From assembly GCA_964543035.1 (NCBI GenBank), contig CAZIVL010000001.1, forward strand, positions 122,000 through 185,999: DNA of 64,000 bases. Reading direction: 5' to 3'. Positions 30,234 to 39,449 of this stretch are shown one piece after another. The notes below the pieces were generated by a model. The model was not told the origin of the DNA and did no database searches. It saw only the letters and a program-made list of their open reading frames with translations. The position numbers and the translations under genes are program-made. Position 1 is the first letter of the stretch. Each line of letters starts with the position of its first letter. This DNA is from an uncultured Gammaproteobacteria bacterium. Its GTDB lineage: Bacteria; Patescibacteriota; Microgenomatia; CAZETR01; Amesbacteraceae.

Positions 30234-30284
30234 AGGTATATTGTATAACTTTTGCGGTTTTTCGGCTTAAATCAGCAAATTTTC

Positions 30285-31247
30285 TTATACTCCACATCCA
30301 CCATTTCGTTTTGGCGGCTCAGCCACTATTCCTTGGTCTATTAACCAACGCTTTGCTTGTTGAGAACCAGATGCCGATGAGAAGTCTTTAGACAACAGGG
30401 TTCTGGCATCAATCTGATCAAAGCTTTTACCTTCTTTGTTTTTGAAGTAAACGGCCAGATCATAGTAATTGCCGGGGAACCAGTAAGCATTAATATATTT
30501 GGAAGTATTGTACATATCCTCTTCTGAAGCACCATTTGCAGCCATTATCTCCAATATTCCCAACAGAGCCATTCCGTGATTACAATCAGGAAAAGCTGTC
30601 GAATTGTTACAGCAAGGCCTAAAAATGCTGGCAGCAACCTTTTCGACTAATTCTTCTTGAGCGGCAGTCAAAGGTATCAAGTTTCCTTTGGAGTAGTATT
30701 TCATAGCATCGCTTTTTCCAAGCGTCCAGCCACCGGTTGAAGCAAAGTTTTTTACTCCCTCAATGCCACCGTACTGAGTCATTTCCCCTTCAGTTAATAG
30801 CTTAGTTTTATTGGAAAGCCCCACTGCCCAAAAAAAGTTCAAAAGAAAATACGAATTTTCCTGATTGATAACAATGGTTTCATCCGAACCGTCAGTGAGG
30901 ATTCGCTCAAGATCTTCATAGAACGGCTTTCCAGACTTAAGGTACGCATCTTTAAACTTTTGTAAATCAATCACACCTTGATCAACCATTTTAGGACCCA
31001 ACTGGCCGTAAGAAACATTAAGGGAAATGCCCCTAGAAGGATTAATCTCCTCAAATATCGCTTGTGATTCTTGAGAAGAAGCTTGTGAACCTGTTACAAC
31101 TGTGGCTTGTGTCAATTTATCTTTCCTAAACACCGCCTTTATATCGGTAGCCTTTTTAGTTAGGGCCGGGAGGATCTGAAATAAATTAAGACCCACACTT
31201 ACAAACAAAAGCAACACAATTTTGTTTTTTAGAATTTTATTCTTCAT
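30285..31247 (-). CDS. Membrane-anchored Cys-motif protein of unknown function
   Basis: N-terminal TM; RPCCNNSTAFPDCNHG; C-terminal GGCGV. Confidence 0.75.
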   Translation of the reverse strand: MKNKILKNKIVLLLFVSVGLNLFQILPALTKKATDIKAVFRKDKLTQATVVTGSQASSQESQAIFEEINPSRGISLNVSYGQLGPKMVDQGVIDLQKFKDAYLKSGKPFYEDLERILTDGSDETIVINQENSYFLLNFFWAVGLSNKTKLLTEGEMTQYGGIEGVKNFASTGGWTLGKSDAMKYYSKGNLIPLTAAQEELVEKVAASIFRPCCNNSTAFPDCNHGMALLGILEIMAANGASEEDMYNTSKYINAYWFPGNYYDLAVYFKNKEGKSFDQIDARTLLSKDFSSASGSQQAKRWLIDQGIVAEPPKRNGGCGV

Positions 31248-32061
31248 GAGATTTTCCTTTGTATTTAAGTAACTTGTAGAAAATAAAAATAACTATGGCG
31301 AAAACTACTAAATCCACAATTGGGTTTTTAAAGTACTTGGCAATTTCAAAGACAACCAAACGAATTGTTTGACTGTATCCTTCCATCTGATCCATTTGAA
31401 TTTTTCCTTGATAGTTAAAATAGGCAATCAAAATTCCAGTCAAGAAGAAGATTCCTGCTGCCAACCACTTGAAAACGTCGTAAATCTTTTTGCGGTTTTT
31501 GCCGAACTTGTGTGATGCCTTGTCGTAAAAAAGAGACAGGACAAAGAGCGGCATCACGATACCTAAAACATAGGCGAATGAAACAATGGCTGCTTGTAAT
31601 AGTGTGGGTGATAGTGACGTTAAAGTCACAGCGGCAAACAATACAGGAGCACAACATGCTGAAGTCAGTCCGGACATTAGCCCTAACCCAAAGACACTTG
31701 CGGTATTAACCCTGGGATTTGCTTCCCCACCCACATGGAAGATTTGGGGAAGGTGAAATATAGGCTTGATGGTCGAAATACCCATGAGTACCATTACTAA
31801 GGCGCCCAGGTAATAAATCTGAGTATGGTACGCATCAAGTAAATAAATGGCTGAGCGAATGCCTAAAGAAATGGGTACTAAAATAAAAGCCAAACCTAAG
31901 GCAAAAATCAGAGTGTAGTACATAACTCGTTTATGGTTTTTAAAGATTGATCCCAGGTAAGATGGAAATAGAAACGTGATGCAACAGGGTGCAAATAGTG
32001 CCATAACCCCTGCTAAAAATGAGGCTGTGAGAGAGATGCCGAATAAAAAGCCTGTGTCCAT
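31237..32061 (-). CDS. CcdA/DsbD-beta family membrane thiol-reductant transporter
   Basis: FAPCC..FLFPSY and ACCAP; about 7 TMs. Confidence 0.85.
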   Translation of the reverse strand: MDTGFLFGISLTASFLAGVMALFAPCCITFLFPSYLGSIFKNHKRVMYYTLIFALGLAFILVPISLGIRSAIYLLDAYHTQIYYLGALVMVLMGISTIKPIFHLPQIFHVGGEANPRVNTASVFGLGLMSGLTSACCAPVLFAAVTLTSLSPTLLQAAIVSFAYVLGIVMPLFVLSLFYDKASHKFGKNRKKIYDVFKWLAAGIFFLTGILIAYFNYQGKIQMDQMEGYSQTIRLVVFEIAKYFKNPIVDLVVFAIVIFIFYKLLKYKGKSHEE

Positions 32062-32558
32062 TAGTTTACCCTCGCTTGAATTGAAAACGATAATTTAGAA
32101 TTTTGCGGATCATTGGTAGTTACATAGACTTCACGGGTGACAAGTCCGTTAACTGGCATTGTGGCTGGTCGGTAAGTCAGGCGTACGGTGGCTGAATCGC
32201 CCGGGGCAATTTCGGTCACAAAACCGCTTTGCTTGTGCATGCCGAATTCTTTACTGGTTTCGCCTTTATAAATTATTTGTCCGGCGGTGCAACCACAGCT
32301 GGTATTGACGTTTAATATTTGTAGAGGCTTAGTGCCACCATTGGTGAGAGTAAAGTCTTGCACCTTAACATCTGAAAGCTTAAGGTCACCGACATCAAAA
32401 AATCGCTCAGAGACTTGGGCTATCGGACGGTCAGAGTCTGTTGCTGAGTAAGCTGCATTTGTAGGAGTGGGTTTTTGATTACCGCTAAACAGAAAAGCCG
32501 CTCCTACCACCATGATTATCAGAATAAATATATAAATAAGAACAGTTTTGGTTGACAT
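32061..32558 (-). CDS. DUF1573-like Ig-fold protein
   Basis: FTLTNGG.KPL.I.NV.TSCGCT; N-terminal TM. Confidence 0.8.
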   Translation of the reverse strand: MSTKTVLIYIFILIIMVVGAAFLFSGNQKPTPTNAAYSATDSDRPIAQVSERFFDVGDLKLSDVKVQDFTLTNGGTKPLQILNVNTSCGCTAGQIIYKGETSKEFGMHKQSGFVTEIAPGDSATVRLTYRPATMPVNGLVTREVYVTTNDPQNSKLSFSIQARVN

Positions 32559-32559
32559 A

Positions 32560-32826
32560 TTAATTCAAATACCTAAAGCTTTTGACTATTTCTTGAACGT
32601 AATAGGCACTATTGTCTCCTTTTAAGCCTAAGCTGCACTCAACAACATAATTGCGAATTAACAAATCGGATCCGTCTTTAATTTCTTGGCGAACTAGTCT
32701 AGTTAATCGAAGAGCCTCGTTACAGTTATTATCTTTCTCAATAAGTGACATGACTATGTTTAAGCCACTTTGTGCGTGTTCTAGTTTCTCTATAACCTTT
32801 TTGGTACTCGCATTTTTCAATCTCAT
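32560..32826 (-). CDS. Divergent CsoR/RcnR-like regulator
   Basis: 88 aa three-helix pattern, IEKDNNC.E.L...NYVVEC. Confidence 0.6.
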   Translation of the reverse strand: MRLKNASTKKVIEKLEHAQSGLNIVMSLIEKDNNCNEALRLTRLVRQEIKDGSDLLIRNYVVECSLGLKGDNSAYYVQEIVKSFRYLN

Positions 32827-32850
32827 GAGCTAATGCTACAAAGGCAGGTA

Positions 32851-32865
32851 TTAAGATTTTATGAA
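32851..32865 (-). promoter_or_regulatory. 15-bp regulatory box, copy 2
   Basis: TTCATAAAATCTTAA-12 nt-TAGCAT-6 nt-ATG. Confidence 0.75.
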
Positions 32866-32946
32866 GGGGACCTTGCTTTAAACTAGGAGGAAGAGAACAA
32901 AAACAGCAACCTATTAAGTCGGGTGCGTGTACATATCTTTCAGAAA

Positions 32947-33213
32947 TCAAGTCTTAATTTTGCTAAAGTAGTTGTAAACTACCGCAAAAATGTATCCTAT
33001 AAGCCATGCGCTAGCAACAGATGTTACTAGACCAAGAACAAAAGAACCTGGGGAAAGGCTCCATTGTGAACTTAATTGCAACCCATGGAACCATGATTGT
33101 GCAATGGACATGGACAAATCTGGAAAAAAGGTAAGGGCAAGCCTACATACTACATAAAATATGCCAACTGTTACTGCAGCGGCATTAGCTGTAGCGTTTG
33201 GTAAATGTTTCAC
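32947..33213 (-). CDS. Small 2-TM protein (DUF5676-like)
   Basis: YVVC...SWFHG...GYIFA..YN; GTG start with GGAGGTG SD. Confidence 0.7.
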   Translation of the reverse strand: MKHLPNATANAAAVTVGIFYVVCRLALTFFPDLSMSIAQSWFHGLQLSSQWSLSPGSFVLGLVTSVASAWLIGYIFAVVYNYFSKIKT

Positions 33214-33694
33214 TAATACTCACCTCCCTTGCTAAAATACTGATATGAGCCTTGGATCATCTGCTTCACACACCAACGAGCATACATATTTCCAAATAGT
33301 TTTCCAAGCCAAGTGTGTTTCTGAGGCATTTTGTAATCGATAAAGACCCGCAAACGGGATTCATTCCCTTGCGGTGTAATTTCAATGCCCATCTGATACC
33401 GACCAATAACTATCAGCTTTGGATTGCCAACTGTTTGCCAGGTCTTGGCAAGAGACGGTTCATAGCGAGTGACTACTTCATCAAGAGATAACCTTATCCC
33501 AAAGGCAGTTCCCGACATACGAATATGCGATCCCACCTTTTGGCCGTTATCCTGGTCTACCCAGGTCTCCATTTTTCCCCCCCCATCATCAATGAAGTCT
33601 TAGCCATATGCGAGGAAAAAAGTTTATGATTATCTACAAAAGCAAATAATTGTTGTGGAGAAGTTGGTATTAGTCGGTTGTCTTCGTAAAACAT
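33213..33694 (-). pseudogene. SRPBCC family gene with a 1-nt frameshift in a G8 tract
   Basis: ATG 33694 gives MFYEDNRLIPTSPQQLFAFVDNHKLFSSHMAKTSLMMGG; one more G joins it to METWVD... (33572). Confidence 0.75.
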
Positions 33695-33701
33695 ACTTAA
33701 G

Positions 33702-35957
33702 TTAAACCGTTACAAGATCCTGCTCTGCCCGGTTTAATAACACTGCATTCGTAGCTACTATGATTGATGAAATACTCATCAGAAGAGCTGCGAATTCAGG
33801 TCGAAGCTCAATTCCATATTTGGGGTATAGCACTCCAGCAGCAACTGGAATAGCTAATAAGTTATAAATTGACGCCCAAAAAAGATTTTGCTTCATTTTT
33901 ACAACTGTTGCTTTTGATAATCTGATGGCACGTAAAATGTCGGCCGGGTCTGAACGCATTAGTACGACTTTGGCCGTTTCTATAGCCACATCAGTTCCAG
34001 CTCCAATTGCTATGCCTATATCAGCTTGGGCTAACGCCGGGGCATCATTTACACCATCGCCAACCATGGCTACAAACTTGCCCTCCTGTTGAAGCTTTTT
34101 AACATATGAAGCTTTATCTTCTGGTAAAACTTCAGAAAATATTCTATCGATATCTAACTGCTTCCCGATCGCCTCAGCAGTCTTTTTGTTATCACCAGTA
34201 ATCATAGCTACTTCGAGTCCTAGTTCCTTCATACGAGAGATTGCTACCTTGGCATTTTCTTTTATTGGGTCGGTGGCCGCAGCAACTCCTGCAACTTTTT
34301 TGTCCACAGCGAGTATCATGATTGTCTTTCCCTCAGAAAGAAGTTTATCAATATCCTGTTGTAGCGGAGAAATATCAACGCCTGAATCATTCATTAGTTT
34401 TAATGTGCCAACGAGGATATGTTTACCGTCTACAAGTGCCTCCACGCCGTGGCCAGCTAAATTGTTAAATTTTTCAACTTTAGTGGAGATTGTTAACTCT
34501 CTAGTCTTTGCCTCTTCTAAAATGGCCAGGCTCAATGGGTGAGATGACTTTACTTCAGCTGCAGCATCAAGCTCAATTATTTGGTTCTCGTTAAATCCTT
34601 TAGCGGCTATAATGTCGGTTATCTTTGGTTTGCCTTCCGTAAGAGTCCCGGTTTTATCAAGGACAATAGCCTGTATTTTTGAAACCTGTTCAAGTGTCGG
34701 CGCATCCTTAATCAAAATATTATGCTTGGCCCCAAGACCAGTCCCCACGGCAACCGCAGTAGGCGTAGCCAACCCAAGAGCATCAGGACAGGCGATAACC
34801 ACGGTAGAAATGGCAAAGGTCAGTGCCACCATAAGCGGCTGACCCAATACAAAAAACCATATTACAAACGTCAATAGACCCCCACCCACCGCAACAATAA
34901 CTAAATACTTGGCAAATCTATCGGCAATCTTTTGTCCAGGAGCTTTAGAATTTTGGGCCGTTTCTACCATTTTGACAATTTGTGCGAGCGCCGTATCCTC
35001 ACCAACCTTTGTAGCCTTAAACTTTACCGATCCGGAGGTATTGATTGACCCACCAATTACCCTATCTCCAACGCTTTTAGAAACAGGCAGTGATTCTCCG
35101 GTCACCAACGATTCATCAATGGCTGTTTCACCCTCAATAATCTCTCCGTCAACAGGAACCTTGTCTCCAGGCTTTAAAATGAGAATATAGTCAAGTTTTA
35201 CGTCTGAGGTCGAAATTAAAGTCTCTTTATGATCTTTCCAAAGCCTGGCTTGAGGTGGGACAAGATCAAAAAGGGCTTGAAGTGCATCTGTCGTTCCACG
35301 TCTAGATTTCATTTCCATCCAGTGTCCAAAAAGTACAAAAGTGGTAAGCATGGCTGCTGCTTCATAAAACGACTCCTCACTCCCAAGGAGTGTTAAAACA
35401 ACACTAAATACGTAGGCTGCAGTAATGCCAACGGCGATTAACACCGCCATATTGAGCGTTTTCGCTTGCAGAGCTTTGTATGTGGAGAAGAGAAATATCC
35501 ATCCCGAGTAAAAATACACAGGGGTAGTTAAAAGAAACATGATCCAATTAGCCGGAATGGGAGTAGGGAGGCTTAGTCCTAGGATGTTAGTCCCCAGCGG
35601 GGAATAGGCAATAATTGGCAGTGTCAGTATAAGTGCCACAAAAAACTTATTACGGATGTCTTCCTCCATCAGTTTTGCCATTTCTCGCCCCGCCAAGCCT
35701 CCATGCTCCATGCCCATTGCCATGGTCATACTCATTTTGAATTTTTCCCAAAATGACATTTGAGCTACAGGCTTCATCACATGGTCTTTATGATCCATGG
35801 CAGCATGATCCGTCGGATTTCCTGTAGCACCTTTTACTGGGACTAATGTCATTCCACACTTAGGGCAGGTTCCAGGAGCGTCTTTTACCACGTCCGGATG
35901 CATTGGACAGGTGTATCTTGAAGCCAATTTCAAATGGGTGTGTTGTGCATGATTCAT
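33702..35957 (-). CDS. Copper-translocating P1B ATPase with N-terminal YTCPMHP domain and His/Met-rich segment
   Basis: YTCPMHP...CPKCGM, TGES, CPD, DKTGT, GDGVND, YN, MSISS. Confidence 0.93.
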   Translation of the reverse strand: MNHAQHTHLKLASRYTCPMHPDVVKDAPGTCPKCGMTLVPVKGATGNPTDHAAMDHKDHVMKPVAQMSFWEKFKMSMTMAMGMEHGGLAGREMAKLMEEDIRNKFFVALILTLPIIAYSPLGTNILGLSLPTPIPANWIMFLLTTPVYFYSGWIFLFSTYKALQAKTLNMAVLIAVGITAAYVFSVVLTLLGSEESFYEAAAMLTTFVLFGHWMEMKSRRGTTDALQALFDLVPPQARLWKDHKETLISTSDVKLDYILILKPGDKVPVDGEIIEGETAIDESLVTGESLPVSKSVGDRVIGGSINTSGSVKFKATKVGEDTALAQIVKMVETAQNSKAPGQKIADRFAKYLVIVAVGGGLLTFVIWFFVLGQPLMVALTFAISTVVIACPDALGLATPTAVAVGTGLGAKHNILIKDAPTLEQVSKIQAIVLDKTGTLTEGKPKITDIIAAKGFNENQIIELDAAAEVKSSHPLSLAILEEAKTRELTISTKVEKFNNLAGHGVEALVDGKHILVGTLKLMNDSGVDISPLQQDIDKLLSEGKTIMILAVDKKVAGVAAATDPIKENAKVAISRMKELGLEVAMITGDNKKTAEAIGKQLDIDRIFSEVLPEDKASYVKKLQQEGKFVAMVGDGVNDAPALAQADIGIAIGAGTDVAIETAKVVLMRSDPADILRAIRLSKATVVKMKQNLFWASIYNLLAIPVAAGVLYPKYGIELRPEFAALLMSISSIIVATNAVLLNRAEQDLVTV

Positions 35958-35968
35958 ATAAATTTAGT

Positions 35969-36145
35969 TTACTCCTCTTTTCTTTCATCTCTGGGAATCC
36001 AGTGTTCAGGATGAGCGTCAAATATTTCTTTGTCTTGGGTAGTGCAAAAATAATAATTTTTCCCCAAATAGGTTGAAACCGCTTTCATTTCATTCTTGGG
36101 TTTTTTCATCCCACAGACGATATCTTGGACAATTTCATCTTGCAT
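35969..36145 (-). CDS. YHS domain protein, 58 aa (not in the ORF track)
   Basis: MQDEIVQDIVCGM...YLGKNYYFCT...FDAHPEHW; GGAGG SD. Confidence 0.85.
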   Translation of the reverse strand: MQDEIVQDIVCGMKKPKNEMKAVSTYLGKNYYFCTTQDKEIFDAHPEHWIPRDERKEE

Positions 36146-36179
36146 ATTAATCCCTCCGCTTAATGATACTAATTCTTCA

Positions 36180-36194
36180 TTAAGATTTTATGAA
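36180..36194 (-). promoter_or_regulatory. 15-bp regulatory box, copy 3
   Basis: TTCATAAAATCTTAA-11 nt-TATCAT. Confidence 0.7.
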
Positions 36195-36260
36195 AAACGT
36201 AACCAATGCTGAACCTACTACAATCAATAGTAGCAATATCATGTTGGAAAGGAAAGATTG

Positions 36261-36929
36261 TCACTGACTTCGAAGAGCTTTTCCGTGTTTTAGCGGCTCT
36301 GGAGTACTCACTAAGCGACTTAACGAAGGAACAAATCCAGGGACTACTTTCTTATACATACCGTATTCGTTTCCGAATCTCTCTTGTAACTCTTTCTCTT
36401 CAGCTCTGGCGAGTCCTACATATCGAAAAACGAGGATTGGAGCCATGGCTAAAGTAATCAAAGTTGGCCACTGAAGGAGAAAACCAAAAATAATCAGCAC
36501 AAAGGCTAGGTACTGAGGGTGTCTTATATATCTGTAGACACCTTTAACCGCGAGTTTCTGTTTCTTTTGCGACTCGTAGAGGACTTCCCATGCCTTACCT
36601 AGAAGCATAAGCCCGCCGATAATTAAAGTATAGCTTATAATATGAAGGAGGCTGAAATGTGGGTCACTTTTTATACCTAAAAGCGTATTGAGCAAGTGAC
36701 CATTGTTATGAGTAAAATCTAGCCCTAAACGATTACCAAAGAAAGAAGTCAGCAGGTAAATAGTTAACGGAAATCCATACATCTCTGCAAAGAGTGCGAC
36801 AATAAACGCTCCAAAGATTTTATAAGTTTTCCAATCAGTTTTCGTTCTTGGTTTAAATGCGCTTTTTATGAAATAGAGGAAAAGCACAATATTAAACAGT
36901 ACTAGAAACCAGTTACCGTAATCATTCAT
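36261..36929 (-). CDS. Isoprenylcysteine carboxylmethyltransferase (ICMT/PEMT) family protein
   Basis: ALFAEMYGFPLT, GVYRYIRHPQY, EE..L..RFG..Y..Y. Confidence 0.88.
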   Translation of the reverse strand: MNDYGNWFLVLFNIVLFLYFIKSAFKPRTKTDWKTYKIFGAFIVALFAEMYGFPLTIYLLTSFFGNRLGLDFTHNNGHLLNTLLGIKSDPHFSLLHIISYTLIIGGLMLLGKAWEVLYESQKKQKLAVKGVYRYIRHPQYLAFVLIIFGFLLQWPTLITLAMAPILVFRYVGLARAEEKELQERFGNEYGMYKKVVPGFVPSLSRLVSTPEPLKHGKALRSQ

Positions 36930-36955
36930 ATACGTGTAGTGTAACAGGGGATAGG

Positions 36956-36970
36956 TTAAGAAATTATGAG
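36956..36970 (-). promoter_or_regulatory. 15-bp regulatory box, copy 4
   Basis: CTCATAATTTCTTAA-12 nt-TACACT-8 nt-ATG. Confidence 0.65.
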
Positions 36971-36990
36971 TTTCATCCTAGGTAAATATT

Positions 36991-37024
36991 AAAAATCACC
37001 CTCGTGGTTTTGAGGGTGATTTTC
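36991..37024. terminator. Intrinsic terminator, potentially bidirectional
   Basis: AAAAATCACCCTC-GTGGTTTT-GAGGGTGATTTTT. Confidence 0.8.
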
Positions 37025-37046
37025 ATTGAAGTGCTACTCGTGAGTA

Positions 37047-37088
37047 TTATGTTGTAGGACTTCTGCAGCGACTTTGACAGCAGGTCAT
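37047..37088 (-). CDS. Putative Cys-rich micropeptide MTCCQSRCRSPTT
   Basis: AAAGGAGG 7 nt before the ATG; followed by a terminator. Confidence 0.4.
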   Translation of the reverse strand: MTCCQSRCRSPTT

Positions 37089-37105
37089 ATGGTTTCCTCC
37101 TTTCA

Positions 37106-37381
37106 TTAAGTTTCCTTACTCACCGTGTCATTTAAATGGCTACATTCCTGTATATCATTTCCATGATGTTGTTTCATCATCGTATTTATTTGTTGTTTCG
37201 TATCCAATGAAAGACTGTTCATATGATCAGCAGGACTTTTCGAGTCGTGCATCTGCGTCATATGTACCGAAGCTTCTTGTGCACTCACGGACTGCGTTTT
37301 AAGACTTACAGTTAATATTGCCACTGCAAAGAGGACTATTGCCATAATGCTGCCACTTTTTATTATTTGTTTGAGATTCAT
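37106..37381 (-). CDS. Secreted His/Met-rich small protein
   Basis: Signal peptide ending VSA; HMTQMH, DHM, MMKQHHG. Confidence 0.7.
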   Translation of the reverse strand: MNLKQIIKSGSIMAIVLFAVAILTVSLKTQSVSAQEASVHMTQMHDSKSPADHMNSLSLDTKQQINTMMKQHHGNDIQECSHLNDTVSKET

Positions 37382-37436
37382 TTTTATTCTTTCTTCTTCA
37401 GTTTTAACAACTAACTTAAGTATACTTTTAGACCTA

Positions 37437-37451
37437 TTAAGTCTTTGTGAG
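37437..37451 (-). promoter_or_regulatory. 15-bp regulatory box, copy 5
   Basis: CTCACAAAGACTTAA-12 nt-TATACT. Confidence 0.6.
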
Positions 37452-37468
37452 TAAAAGATGAACTTTTA

Positions 37469-37675
37469 TTAATGTTTATGTTTTTCATCCTTTATCATCC
37501 AAATATGTAGCAGTGGGCAAGCAAGAACTAAACCAAGTAACACAATACTTTCCAGGGACACTTTAAAGATAACACCTGCAATTAATGCTATTGCCAGTAA
37601 TGCAACCCACATTAATAGATTATTTCTGCTGCTTAAATGAACTTTTAACTGCTCCATATAATTTGCCTGGTTCAT
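37469..37675 (-). CDS. Small membrane protein, DUF2933-like
   Basis: LACPLLHIWM...KHKH; paralog of the 27949 gene. Confidence 0.75.
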   Translation of the reverse strand: MNQANYMEQLKVHLSSRNNLLMWVALLAIALIAGVIFKVSLESIVLLGLVLACPLLHIWMIKDEKHKH

Positions 37676-37714
37676 AAGATTTTTCTTTATAAAACTACTT
37701 TACTAATCATGGGC

Positions 37715-37729
37715 TTTAGAAATGATGAA
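37715..37729 (-). promoter_or_regulatory. 15-bp regulatory box, copy 6
   Basis: TTCATCATTTCTAAA-12 nt-TAAAGT. Confidence 0.55.
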
Positions 37730-37736
37730 GGAGACG

Positions 37737-38744
37737 TTAAGATATATTAATCTTTGGCAAAGATACCGCTACGAAAGTGCCTTTACCCACTTTACTCGTA
37801 ATATCAATAGTACCCTGATGGGCTTTTACGACTGCTTGAACTATAGCCAGTCCTAAACCAGAACCAAAAATTTTATCAGTTCTGGAGCCTCGGTAGAAAC
37901 GCTCAAATACGTATGGAAGATCTTCCTTGTGTATTCCCAAGCCATTATCCTTAACCTGAAATACTGCTAGGTTATTTTTAGTACGAAGGTCAATAGTAAT
38001 ACTGGCGTTATTTGGAGAAAACTTCACTGCATTATCGACAATATTCAAAAACGCTCGAAACAATTTATCTTTACGACCGGAAATTATCACATCCTTATCG
38101 ATTGAACCATTAATAATCAGATTTTTATCGAATGCTAATTTAGTGGCAACTTCTTTTACTTCTGTCACCACCTCAGATATATTAATCGTGGTCGCTCCTT
38201 TTTGGGCATCCTCAGTGTTGGACCAAGCTAAATCCAGAATGTTTTTTATAGTAGTTGAGATCCTGTTGGAGTCAGACAGGGCTTCCTCAATTGCAATTTT
38301 ATAGTCTTCTTTTGATCGATCCTTTGAGAGTGTTAACTCAAGCGATGCCCGCTGAACGGATAACGGAGTTTTAAGTTCATGAGCCACATCTCCAATGAAT
38401 TGACCTTCTCGCCTAAATGCTTCATCAAGGCGACTCAGTAGTTGATTAAATGCATGTGCCATCTCACCAATTTCGTCGTCTCGATTTATCTCGGTAATCT
38501 TCTCATTAAGGTTTTTGCTGGTTATTGTTTGTATTTTTGACGACAAATAGGTTAACCCGTCAGTCAATTTTCGAATAATAAAAAGACCCTGCAATGCCAG
38601 AACAAATACCAACAAAAAGTAGACAATATCCCCATTGGGTAGTCGTAATATATGAATACCTATATAAAAAAATGCAGTAATCGTTAATAATGAAGTTGCA
38701 TACCAAAGAATAAGTCTATTTCGAAAAGTGTTAAATCGTTTCAT
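37737..38744 (-). CDS. Sensor histidine kinase lacking an extracytoplasmic domain
   Basis: Two TMs with a very short loop; AHELKTPL, NIVDNAVKF, DNGLGI, GSGLGL. Confidence 0.9.
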   Translation of the reverse strand: MKRFNTFRNRLILWYATSLLTITAFFYIGIHILRLPNGDIVYFLLVFVLALQGLFIIRKLTDGLTYLSSKIQTITSKNLNEKITEINRDDEIGEMAHAFNQLLSRLDEAFRREGQFIGDVAHELKTPLSVQRASLELTLSKDRSKEDYKIAIEEALSDSNRISTTIKNILDLAWSNTEDAQKGATTINISEVVTEVKEVATKLAFDKNLIINGSIDKDVIISGRKDKLFRAFLNIVDNAVKFSPNNASITIDLRTKNNLAVFQVKDNGLGIHKEDLPYVFERFYRGSRTDKIFGSGLGLAIVQAVVKAHQGTIDITSKVGKGTFVAVSLPKINIS

Positions 38745-38750
38745 GTGTAG

Positions 38751-39425
38751 TTAGGCAGACTCGCTAATCTTGTAACCTACTCCATGAACAGTATGGATGA
38801 GAGAACTACTTTTTTTCTTATCAATCTTTCGCCTAAGAGCTGAAACAAATACATCTACCACATTGCTCATACTGTCGAAGTTGTAGTCCCAGACCTGTTC
38901 GGTAATCATGGTTCTGGTAATCACCTCGTCTTTATGCCGAAGAAGTAACTCCAAAACTGAAAATTCCTTTTGGGTTAAATTGATTGGTTTTCCACCCTTA
39001 GAGACCTTATGTTTCAAAGGGTCTACTTCAAGATCGGCAACCTTTAGTACGATTGAAGTGTCTGACTTGCTGCGCCTGATTAATGCGTGCACTCGAGAAT
39101 GTAACTCAATATAAGCAAACGGTTTTGCAAGGTAGTCATCAGCTCCGCTATCCAGACCAGCCACTCTATCTTCTACCGTAGTTTTTGCTGTAAGCATTAG
39201 AACTGGAGTTTTTATGCGTTTTGCTCGAAGCTCTTTACAAATAGTTAATCCATCAATTTTGGGAAGCATGATATCAAGGATAATAAGATCGTAGTTCTCC
39301 GACTCTGCAAGGTATTGTCCCTCCTCCCCGTCATAAGCAGCATCTACTGCAAACCCATCCTCAGCAAACCCCTTTTTAATTACATTGGAAATTCGTCGAT
39401 CATCCTCAATGGCCAGTATTCTCAT
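38751..39425 (-). CDS. OmpR-family response regulator (CusR/CopR-like)
   Basis: MRILAIEDD, LDIMLP, GADDYL.KPF, TVHGVGY. Confidence 0.93.
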   Translation of the reverse strand: MRILAIEDDRRISNVIKKGFAEDGFAVDAAYDGEEGQYLAESENYDLIILDIMLPKIDGLTICKELRAKRIKTPVLMLTAKTTVEDRVAGLDSGADDYLAKPFAYIELHSRVHALIRRSKSDTSIVLKVADLEVDPLKHKVSKGGKPINLTQKEFSVLELLLRHKDEVITRTMITEQVWDYNFDSMSNVVDVFVSALRRKIDKKKSSSLIHTVHGVGYKISESA

Positions 39426-39449
39426 GACCACATGGTATACCTTGAGAGA

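Noticed and set aside
30233-30284. 15-bp box upstream of the first response regulator
   Set aside because: Only a -10 (TACAAT, 6 nt before the ATG) is visible; no box at the 12-nt spacing
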